Origin: a virus
Lineage: Duplodnaviria > Caudoviricetes
Virus record (IMG/VR): IMGVR_UViG_3300005611_000114
Span: 1-33,440 of that record
Length of the DNA stretch: 33,440 nt
Reading direction: 5' to 3' (one strand)
Part shown: positions 9,571-16,106 of the stretch, in pieces
Layout of the letters: every line of letters starts with the position of its first letter
How positions within the stretch are numbered: the stretch's first letter is position 1
Position numbers and translations under genes: made by a program
The notes under the pieces: generated by a model
Database searches by the model: none
The model's input: only the letters and a program-made list of their open reading frames with translations
Told to the model about the DNA's origin: nothing

Positions 9571-9637
9571 TATCTTCTGATCCCCCTGGTAATTGTTCTG
9601 CGTCAAACCAACCGCATGGATAATTTACTGCGCTCAC
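9557..9637 (-). CDS. possible 26-aa micropeptide (MSAVNYPCGWFDAEQLPGGSEDNDSV)
   Basis: GTG overlaps the upstream TGA (GTGA) and fills the operon gap. Confidence 0.35.
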   Translation of the reverse strand: MSAVNYPCGWFDAEQLPGGSEDNDSV

Positions 9638-9768
9638 TTGCCTTGACCTCTATATTTTTTACGCGTCTTGCGTTTGTTTGTTCCAGACCCATTGCTAAGT
9701 CTTGAATCGCCAATAGATGTTTTCTTTTTAATACTTTGTATTTTTTCTGTAGCCCACGTTTTTGCCAT
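9634..9768 (-). CDS. 44-aa basic microprotein ending KKYRGQGK, paralog of 26976..27110
   Basis: Translated by hand: MAKTWATEKIQSIKKKTSIGDSRLSNGSGTNKRKTRKKYRGQGK. AGGA upstream. Confidence 0.75.
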   Translation of the reverse strand: MAKTWATEKIQSIKKKTSIGDSRLSNGSGTNKRKTRKKYRGQGK

Positions 9769-9774
9769 TGTTGT

Positions 9775-10041
9775 TTATCCTTGTTGTATTGCTTTTAAAT
9801 ATAACTCTTGCCAAAATTTAATTTGATATCTTAAGTCGTTGTTTTCTTCTACTAGTTTTTTTAAATCTACTTTGCTGTTGTCCCCTGGAATACAAATACT
9901 AAAAAATATTTTGTTTCTATCAACCTCTTGCTCAAACTTATCTCTTAATAAGTCTGGCAAGTTTTCAGCGTTAGGGTCTACCTTGTCAACATAGAAAGTC
10001 GCTCCAACTAAAACCTCTCGTTCTTTTCTTAGCTCTTTCAT
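9775..10041 (-). CDS. hypothetical protein with C-terminal coiled coil
   Basis: ORF track, operon context. Confidence 0.6.
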   Translation of the reverse strand: MKELRKEREVLVGATFYVDKVDPNAENLPDLLRDKFEQEVDRNKIFFSICIPGDNSKVDLKKLVEENNDLRYQIKFWQELYLKAIQQG

Positions 10042-10133
10042 AAATTTCTATTCATCCACCAAAGCAAATAAAGTAAGCCGCCTACAGCGTAAGCGGCTAT
10101 TATTCCTAAAACCCATAAAAGAAACTCAAGCAT
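10038..10133 (-). CDS. 31-aa single-TM microprotein (MLEFLLWVLGIIAAYAVGGLLYLLWWMNRNL)
   Basis: Translated by hand; coupled to both neighbours (TAATG, ATGA). Confidence 0.6.
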   Translation of the reverse strand: MLEFLLWVLGIIAAYAVGGLLYLLWWMNRNL

Positions 10134-10324
10134 TATTTAGATGCTTCCTTATAAGCATGCTCAAATAAAGCTGGATGATGTTGACGAATGTACTCAACAA
10201 ATTTACGCAACCTTTCAGTTGATTGCATATCATCTTGCACTTCGTCGCTGTACTTGGGAGCTGGTAATCCTGGCTGTAAAGCTTTCAAACCTTCCCTTAT
10301 AAAATCTATTTCTGTCATTGGCAT
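10133..10324 (-). CDS. hypothetical protein, first gene of the leftward operon
   Basis: GAGGAG RBS upstream. Confidence 0.6.
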   Translation of the reverse strand: MPMTEIDFIREGLKALQPGLPAPKYSDEVQDDMQSTERLRKFVEYIRQHHPALFEHAYKEASK

Positions 10325-10353
10325 AATCTTCTCCTCGATTAATTGTTTTGTTA

Positions 10354-10398
10354 ATATTATAAAATTTAAGTTGCTTTGTAAACACCTTTTGATATACT
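10354..10398. promoter_or_regulatory. divergent sigma70-like promoters with TGTAAACA box
   Basis: + strand: TTGCTT(10371)-16-TATACT(10393). - strand: TTTACA then TATAAT/TAATAT. Box at 10377-10384. Confidence 0.5.
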
Positions 10399-10426
10399 AA
10401 GGGTATATTTATTTTGGAGAACATAA

Positions 10427-10645
10427 ATGACGATAGATAAAAAGATGTCAGACTACGTAGACCACACCAGAGATTACTTACAACAAATGGTATGTCAAAT
10501 AGTTAAAATTTATTTACAGTCCGCTAGTCTTGAGATTTCTAACTCAGATGCAAGCTTGCAGCAAATAGAAGCTGACAAGGATCGTTTGGTTGACATGATT
10601 AATAATTTAGCTGAAGTCGAAAAGAGAAAAGTTAAGACTCACTAA
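10427..10645 (+). CDS. hypothetical protein
   Basis: GGAG RBS, ORF track. Confidence 0.6.
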   Translation: MTIDKKMSDYVDHTRDYLQQMVCQIVKIYLQSASLEISNSDASLQQIEADKDRLVDMINNLAEVEKRKVKTH

Positions 10646-10900
10646 ATGATTGAATACCAAGGCAAAAAGGTTACGGCCAAAACCAAAGTCAAACATGAAT
10701 TGTCTGACGTGGTTATTGCTTGGGTCGATCAAGTTGTCAAGAATCCAGAGGATGTTATACCCGATTGGAATAAGATGACAACAAAAGAACAAGAGGAGTT
10801 TGAACGTCAAGCTTTCTTGTTAGAGGGTAAGTTGCACAAAGTTATCAACGTGCAGTTTGCAGAGATAATCAGTAGCAACAGCTACACTAAAAAGATATAG
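10646..10900 (+). CDS. hypothetical protein
   Basis: Directly follows the upstream stop. Confidence 0.6.
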   Translation: MIEYQGKKVTAKTKVKHELSDVVIAWVDQVVKNPEDVIPDWNKMTTKEQEEFERQAFLLEGKLHKVINVQFAEIISSNSYTKKI

Positions 10901-10908
10901 GAGAAGAT

Positions 10909-11091
10909 ATGAGTAGAATTGGAGATTTCTTAATAGGGATGCAAGAAGATGCTGAATGTGTTTCAGCTTCTTGCGATTCGTTTGAAAAGTTTGTAAAAGA
11001 AATGCGAAAGCTAAATATTTTATACACGCCAAGTTTATTAGAAGATTATTGGGATGGGTATGTAAGCTCGCAAGAAGAGCCTACGTATTAG
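10909..11091 (+). CDS. hypothetical protein
   Basis: AGGAG RBS. Confidence 0.6.
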   Translation: MSRIGDFLIGMQEDAECVSASCDSFEKFVKEMRKLNILYTPSLLEDYWDGYVSSQEEPTY

Positions 11092-11107
11092 CGTACGTAT
11101 TACTAAT

Positions 11108-11248
11108 CGCGAACAGGCAGTCATTCGGCTTGTATAAACAATAGAAGTGCAGTTGCGGCAGGGTTTATTCATTCCTGTCTCCAGGAACTTTGAGATGTAG
11201 TTCTGCAACGAGAACATCTCACCTACGTTGGGGAGAACACCCCCATCT
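11108..11248 (+). ncRNA. candidate structured intergenic RNA
   Basis: Four hairpins plus possible pseudoknot in a GC-richer gap; strand inferred from flanking genes. Confidence 0.4.
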
Positions 11249-11288
11249 GGTTATACCCATACGAAGATTTATAGGCTACACTTTAGAT

Positions 11289-11564
11289 ATGAAGATAGTA
11301 AAAATGGAAAAAGGCCCACCCACCATCGAGGAAGGTCGACGCAGACTCGATACTCTTTTTGAAGATTTTATCTCTAGGGGAGCTGACGCAGAGTTTACCG
11401 CCTTACTTATCTTTACTTACGGCGTAACCGAAACTCTCAATTACGCGCAATCGGTCGAAGAAGGCGTGAGAAAAATCGACGATATCCTCAACGCAGAGTT
11501 TGGTTTAGAAAAAGAAATTATCTTTACCCCCGAGTTCTTAACAGAAGAAAAAGACCCCGAATAG
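11289..11564 (+). CDS. hypothetical protein
   Basis: Start re-assigned to ATG 11289 (MKIVKM), 6 nt after a TACACT -10-like box. Confidence 0.6.
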   Translation: MKIVKMEKGPPTIEEGRRRLDTLFEDFISRGADAEFTALLIFTYGVTETLNYAQSVEEGVRKIDDILNAEFGLEKEIIFTPEFLTEEKDPE

Positions 11565-11895
11565 TTTTGTCAGCTTTTTCTGACAAAAGTACCCCCTTTT
11601 GGGTCGATTTTGGCTATATTTGGCGTAGTTTTGTCAGAGTGTCAGAAGTCTCTGACAGCTAAAAACGTGATAAGAATGCACTTTAGGCGTTTTGTCATTT
11701 TGTCAGGATACCCTTAAAATAACCCTCATATTTACCTCATAATCGTAAAAGAAAAGGGTAGGTAAAGAAAAGTATGACAAAAGTATATATATAGGTATAA
11801 ATATAATAATATATATATAATTATTTATTGTATTAGTAGGGGTTTGAGAGGTACTGATAGTTTTGTCAGAGTTTTGTCAAGAGCTCTGACAAAAG
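11565..11895. repeat. TTTTGTCA(G)/(C)TGACAAAA iteron-like cluster with AT-rich core; putative replication origin
   Basis: About 11 full or partial copies in both orientations around a near-pure AT tract (~11784-11835). Confidence 0.65.
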
Positions 11896-11906
11896 TAGGA
11901 GAAGAT

Positions 11907-12077
11907 ATGTATAAATTAGTAAAAAAATGTCGGGAGGTTTTACCTCAAGAAGTTATAGATTTGCTTGAAAGACCAGATGTAGTAGAATTAGTCAGGTATT
12001 TTAACGGACGATTAATTAGCTATAAGGTGAAAGATGAGCAAGGACGAATCGAGGATCAGACAGAAAGTGAAGATTGA
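11907..12077 (+). CDS. hypothetical protein
   Basis: AGGAG RBS before ATG 11907 (MYKLVKK). Confidence 0.55.
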   Translation: MYKLVKKCREVLPQEVIDLLERPDVVELVRYFNGRLISYKVKDEQGRIEDQTESED

Positions 12078-12690
12078 ACCTACACTTGCAGATGCAGAAG
12101 ATATGCCTGTTGAGTATATGAATCATAACGAAAAGAATCTAACCAAGCGACAGCGTTTGTTAGTCTGGAACGCAGTCAACGATCCTACGCTGACTTTTGC
12201 AGAAGCGGCTAAGAAGGCAGGCTTTAAGAATCCAAAGGTTGTTAGTCGGTATATGGGCCCAAATGGAAAGTATCAGCACGTGTATAGAGAATATGAAAGA
12301 TTGATGGCGGAAGCGAAAAAAAAGTTTGAGCTTACGCATGATAACGCAGTCGAGGATTTGTATAAGCTAAGAGATGACGCCTGGAGTGCAGGTAATTTTA
12401 CAGCGGCGATTAACGCGCAGAATTTACTTTTGAAAGTCGGGGGACTTATTGTTGATCGTCGGGAAGTATTGCATGGCAAGGTAGATCAAATGAGTCGGGA
12501 TGAAGTTGAAAGACGCCTAGCCGATTTACTCGGGAAACAAGCTATTGAACATAAGTCGGGAATTGAGATTGAGGATAGGTCGGGATCGGGGGAAATAGAA
12601 GTCGGGGAAATTGTTGAAGAAACCATTGTTAAGAAACCGAGCAAAGCTAGACCTATACCAGAGGAAGTAAAAGACGAGGACGAGGATTAG
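12034..12690 (+). CDS. terS: terminase small subunit
   Basis: LTKRQRLLV...AEAAKKAGF HTH, oligomerisation helices LYKLRDDA...AAINAQNLLLKVGGL. Confidence 0.7.
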   Translation: MSKDESRIRQKVKIEPTLADAEDMPVEYMNHNEKNLTKRQRLLVWNAVNDPTLTFAEAAKKAGFKNPKVVSRYMGPNGKYQHVYREYERLMAEAKKKFELTHDNAVEDLYKLRDDAWSAGNFTAAINAQNLLLKVGGLIVDRREVLHGKVDQMSRDEVERRLADLLGKQAIEHKSGIEIEDRSGSGEIEVGEIVEETIVKKPSKARPIPEEVKDEDED

Positions 12691-12697
12691 TCCTCAT

Positions 12698-12850
12698 CTA
12701 TATGTCAACACTTTCATAAGGTGAGATATGCCTACACCCACAACTAGGGCAATCATCATCTACTTGGCAATCCCATTGATCTTCCCAAATATATTTACAT
12801 CTTGGACATTCGTAATAGTTTAGCCAAGTCATTATCATTTCTTCACTCAT
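12698..12850 (-). CDS. 50-aa Zn-ribbon microprotein (CPRC...CPSC)
   Basis: Translated by hand: MSEEMIMTWLNYYECPRCKYIWEDQWDCQVDDDCPSCGCRHISPYESVDI. Confidence 0.7.
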   Translation of the reverse strand: MSEEMIMTWLNYYECPRCKYIWEDQWDCQVDDDCPSCGCRHISPYESVDI

Positions 12851-12995
12851 CATTACTATCCTTAATTTCTAACTCAAAACATCTTTGACTTTCATCTTCG
12901 CTAATTGTTTTAAGATTCTTAGGTTTATTTTTATAAACATTTACATCAGCAATAGTTCCATAAAATTCATCTACAACGACATATACTTTACTCAT
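12843..12995 (-). CDS. 50-aa hypothetical microprotein
   Basis: Translated by hand (MSKVYVVVDEFYG...SNDE); GGAG RBS. Confidence 0.6.
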   Translation of the reverse strand: MSKVYVVVDEFYGTIADVNVYKNKPKNLKTISEDESQRCFELEIKDSNDE

Positions 12996-13224
12996 CTTCG
13001 GTCTCCTTTAAATTAATAATATCTTTTTCTAACAGTTCCACTCTTTCTCCATTACTATTGATTTTGTAAAAAGTATATTCTTCATACTCTTTACTTAAAG
13101 ATAATTCTTCATCAATCGTTCCTTCGGATTTTAATTGCAAAAGATCATTCTCATCTTTAGCATGAATCAATCTAGTAGATGTAATCGTTCTCACAACTGC
13201 ATAATTGTATTTGGGGTTATTCAT
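12988..13224 (-). CDS. hypothetical protein
   Basis: Start re-assigned to ATG 13224 (MNNPKY) after GGAG. Confidence 0.6.
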   Translation of the reverse strand: MNNPKYNYAVVRTITSTRLIHAKDENDLLQLKSEGTIDEELSLSKEYEEYTFYKINSNGERVELLEKDIINLKETEDE

Positions 13225-13357
13225 CTTCGTTCTCCATAACATCTATTTCTAAATTAAATTCTGATAAACCAATATTATCTGCTACAAAATCAATAGCTTC
13301 TTGTTTATCTTTACATTCAGGTATCCTAACTTTAATCACTACTGTATAATCATTCAT
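13217..13357 (-). CDS. 46-aa hypothetical microprotein
   Basis: Translated by hand (MNDYTVVIKVRIPEC...MENEDE); GAGG RBS. Confidence 0.6.
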   Translation of the reverse strand: MNDYTVVIKVRIPECKDKQEAIDFVADNIGLSEFNLEIDVMENEDE

Positions 13358-13508
13358 CTTCGTGTACCTCTAGTTTATCTTCATAAAAATATATGACTGC
13401 TACAGTTCCTTTGGTTGGACTGTCATGAATGGATAGATCAACATCTTCAAACTCGTTGTCTATTCTTTTACATAACTCATGCATAGTTAATTTATTTTCA
13501 ACTGTCAT
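13350..13508 (-). CDS. 52-aa hypothetical microprotein
   Basis: Translated by hand (MTVENKLTMHELCKR...VHEDE); GAGG RBS. Confidence 0.6.
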   Translation of the reverse strand: MTVENKLTMHELCKRIDNEFEDVDLSIHDSPTKGTVAVIYFYEDKLEVHEDE

Positions 13509-13908
13509 TTTCGTTTACCTCTAAATTAATTTCTAAGTCGTTGTCAAAAGAATTGTTATGCATCTCAATCGCATCTTTAATTTGTCTGAGTTTATAACTT
13601 ATCTCCCAAGCTGACTTAGATCGTCTGTATTCTTGATGTTCTTTCTCTGCAATATTATTTTTTGTAGAGTGATAAAGCGCTATCTTTTCAGCGTGTTCTA
13701 GTGGTAGGTCTTGGCTATTACCATAAAACTTACGGCTACCTCTACCTCTAGCTTTGAATTTGTAGCGTTCTTTATTGGCTACACTTAAAAGAAACTCTAA
13801 GACTTGATGTCCGTTGGTTAGGGGAGTATCTAACTCCCCTGTAGGTATATCAAAAATGTTTCTTCTGATATGTTTAAACTTGTTGCGTTCTTTAAATTTA
13901 TATTTCAT
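13498..13908 (-). CDS. hypothetical protein
   Basis: ORF track; ATGA coupling; YKFKARGRGSR motif. Confidence 0.65.
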   Translation of the reverse strand: MKYKFKERNKFKHIRRNIFDIPTGELDTPLTNGHQVLEFLLSVANKERYKFKARGRGSRKFYGNSQDLPLEHAEKIALYHSTKNNIAEKEHQEYRRSKSAWEISYKLRQIKDAIEMHNNSFDNDLEINLEVNENDS

Positions 13909-14339
13909 GACTGATCACCTACGGCAATATTATACTTTGTGAAGTATGCCCAAAGAGGTGTAAAATCTTTGTCATGTAAAGTTGCAAGATCATATCTGCC
14001 ATTAGGCATTTTAATCATCTTGGTTTCAGCTACATACCAAGAGTTGTTTTTGAATAGGTAAATCCATTCAATATCGAACTGCACATTCATTAAGAAAGCG
14101 TGAATAGAATGAAATGTTTGAGGTGGGTCTTGATGAACTCTGCCCTCGTTTGATTCTATTATTGTTTCTTTAAGACTAGACTGATAGCCGTTGTCTACTA
14201 AAGCATGAGCCTTAGATCGATTGTTGTAGTGGTTATAAAGTATCTTGCCGTTATATTCTGGGTAGCCGTCATAATGACAATACATCACTACAACTTTTCC
14301 ACTTGGTTTTTGATACGCTATATTACTTCTTGTTCCCAT
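13905..14339 (-). CDS. conserved phage hypothetical protein (MGTRS...YCHYDGYP type)
   Basis: Recognisable N-terminal motif; AGGAG RBS; first gene after the leftward promoter. Confidence 0.75.
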   Translation of the reverse strand: MGTRSNIAYQKPSGKVVVMYCHYDGYPEYNGKILYNHYNNRSKAHALVDNGYQSSLKETIIESNEGRVHQDPPQTFHSIHAFLMNVQFDIEWIYLFKNNSWYVAETKMIKMPNGRYDLATLHDKDFTPLWAYFTKYNIAVGDQS

Positions 14340-14386
14340 AATTACTCTCCTAAAAGTTTGAGGGTTAAAATATTTATCACTCTTTA

Positions 14387-14415
14387 ATACTACTAAATGT
14401 ATCCAATATATGCAA
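14387..14415 (-). promoter_or_regulatory. leftward sigma70-like promoter with operator-like box
   Basis: TTGCAT-17-TAGTAT; TGTATCCA (+ strand 14398-14405) lies in the spacer. Confidence 0.55.
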
Positions 14416-14493
14416 GTGTTTTGTTATACAAAATGTAATTATTTTTTATAGTTATATTTACGCATATGCGAGGAATTCGAAAGTTAATCGCAT

Positions 14494-14519
14494 CCCCCCT
14501 CTCTCTCCCTCTCTCCCCC
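14494..14519. repeat. polypyrimidine imperfect mirror tract
   Basis: CCCCCCTCTCTCTCCCTCTCTCCCCC. Confidence 0.7.
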
Positions 14520-14539
14520 ACAAAAAAGCTAGGAAAAAA

Positions 14540-14641
14540 TCGGGTCGGGTCGGGTTAAGCTAAAGAATATTAAATGAGGGGTGTATTGCTACACATAACA
14601 CAACACAACAGAACTTCCAGATCCTTCCAGGAGACGCCGTT
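14540..14641 (+). repeat. polar spacer unit A (TCGGG x3 / ACACA tract / CCAGGAG / ACGCCGTT)
   Basis: TCGGG at 14540, 14545, 14550; ACA tract 14591-14610; CCAGGAG 14627. Confidence 0.75.
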
Positions 14642-14668
14642 GATGGTCTTGAAAGGTTGATAAATCAT

Positions 14669-14797
14669 TCGGGTCGGGTCGGGGTATTCTAATCGGGTGT
14701 CGGGGTTCGGGATTTCTGCAAGGCATAACACATGATAACACAACAGGAGGATCTCTGGGGGTTCTGCCGTCTTTAGGATCTGAGCTGGAACGCCGTT
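14669..14797 (+). repeat. polar spacer unit B (TCGGG x6 / ACA tract / ACAGGAG / ACGCCGTT)
   Basis: TCGGG 14669-14711; ACA tract 14725-14745; ACGCCGTT 14790. Confidence 0.75.
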
Positions 14798-14825
14798 AGC
14801 AGAAGAAAAATACTTACTTAAATAG

Positions 14826-14856
14826 TTTACAAACTGTATACATATTGTGTTATACT
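14826..14856 (+). promoter_or_regulatory. early-type promoter P1
   Basis: TTTACA...TGn-TATACT (extended -10); TGTATACA at 14835. Confidence 0.65.
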
Positions 14857-14898
14857 TATGGTTCATTTAAACAACATACTTTTAGGAGGTATATACAA

Positions 14899-15300
14899 AT
14901 GAAAACCAATAAACAAGAACGAGAAGCGATAGCTAACAAGTTCTATAGAAGAATGGAATCTCAAATGATTACCAAAAATGAGGCTTTTAAAAAAACTGCT
15001 ACTTATAAAAAGCTGACAAAGTTAAAAGCAGAAAGAAACAAAATACTCAAAGAAAGTGAAAAGCTAAATGTGGCTATTGCTAAAGAGATTAATGACTTTA
15101 ATCAAGCCAATCCTTCTGAGTATTTTTCGTTAAGCGATCATTATGATTATCGCAATAATCAAAATTCAGATTATCGTTTAAATTTGGAGAGTTCTTGGAG
15201 TGTTCAAAACTCTTTATGTAATGCGATCTTGATTGCTCAAGTGGGGGCAGAGACTGTCGAAGATATGATGAAAATTTTAGAGCAAGAGGTGAGCTTATGA
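14899..15300 (+). CDS. hypothetical coiled-coil protein
   Basis: AGGAGGT RBS before ATG 14899. Confidence 0.7.
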   Translation: MKTNKQEREAIANKFYRRMESQMITKNEAFKKTATYKKLTKLKAERNKILKESEKLNVAIAKEINDFNQANPSEYFSLSDHYDYRNNQNSDYRLNLESSWSVQNSLCNAILIAQVGAETVEDMMKILEQEVSL

Positions 15301-15382
15301 ATTAATTATTAAAACTCATCAGTCCCTAGAGTATGAGTATAAAGTTGAGTAGGGAGTTTGGTTGACTTTGAAAACTAAAATA

Positions 15383-15408
15383 GCCCGATTAATTTCGGGC
15401 TTTTTTTT
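15383..15408 (+). terminator. intrinsic terminator
   Basis: GCCCGA-loop-TCGGGC followed by T8. Confidence 0.85.
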
Positions 15409-15409
15409 G

Positions 15410-15514
15410 TCGGGGAATCGGGGTCGGGCTTTTGGATTTGGCAAAGCAGATTACACACACATAAGATACACACAAACACAAACACACCAACGGGGTTTTA
15501 GCCCTGTCCAGGAG
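15410..15514 (+). repeat. polar spacer unit C
   Basis: TCGGG at 15410, 15418, 15424; ACACA tract 15453-15490; CCAGGAG 15508. Confidence 0.75.
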
Positions 15515-15541
15515 AGGATGAAATAGATCTATAATTAGTAG

Positions 15542-15570
15542 TTGACAGGTTGTAACCAATTAGTTATATT
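15542..15570 (+). promoter_or_regulatory. early-type promoter P2
   Basis: TTGACA-17-TATATT; TGTAACCA at 15551. Confidence 0.85.
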
Positions 15571-15601
15571 AGAACTTCATTAATTAATTTAGGAGAAAAT
15601 A

Positions 15602-15844
15602 ATGACAGAAGAAATAAAAGAAAGAACCTTACCTTTTAAGTGCGAGATCTTAGACAAAGAACCGCAAGAGGTGAAGAACATCTTTGGTGGTGCATCATGC
15701 ACAATCCCGCCAGATGCGGTAGCTGTTTACGATACCATTATGGGGATGCAAGTCATGCCTAATCCAGATTGGGAGATTGTCAGAAAAGGTATTGATTGGT
15801 TTATAGAACATGAACCAGAAGCCTATATGGTTTTGTTAGATTAA
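15602..15844 (+). CDS. hypothetical protein
   Basis: AGGAG RBS, own promoter and terminator. Confidence 0.75.
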   Translation: MTEEIKERTLPFKCEILDKEPQEVKNIFGGASCTIPPDAVAVYDTIMGMQVMPNPDWEIVRKGIDWFIEHEPEAYMVLLD

Positions 15845-15864
15845 TAGATCTCTAACTATTCTAA

Positions 15865-15891
15865 GCCCCTCTTTTACGAGGGGTTTTTTTT
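15865..15891 (+). terminator. intrinsic terminator
   Basis: CCCCTC-loop-GAGGGG followed by T8. Confidence 0.85.
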
Positions 15892-15908
15892 GGAAAAAAA
15901 GCAGGTAG

Positions 15909-15985
15909 TCGGGGATCTAAATCGGGGATCTAAATGCGTCAACCAGCTCTGCGAGGCTAGGAGAAACACACAAGACAAACACAAG
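15909..15985 (+). repeat. polar spacer unit D
   Basis: Tandem TCGGGGATCTAAA x2; ACACACAAG...ACACAAG 15966-15985. Confidence 0.75.
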
Positions 15986-16046
15986 TGAGGCCCGCAGCAG
16001 CTCTGGCCAGTCTAACTTCTGTTCAGAAAGATCTTTAAATTAATAG

Positions 16047-16075
16047 TTGACAAGATGTAACCAGTCAGTTATATT
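16047..16075 (+). promoter_or_regulatory. early-type promoter P3
   Basis: TTGACA-17-TATATT; TGTAACCA at 16056. Confidence 0.85.
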
Positions 16076-16106
16076 AAAAGCTCATTAACTTATTTAGGAG
16101 AAGAAG

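Noticed and set aside
14570-14866. 98-aa minus-strand ORF across spacer units A/B (similarly 17500..17793)
   Set aside because: Translation reflects the repeats (PNPDTR, YPDPTR), no RBS, overlaps promoters or terminators
15313-15322. Hammerhead ribozyme core CTGATGAG on the minus strand
   Set aside because: No stem II followed by GAAA downstream
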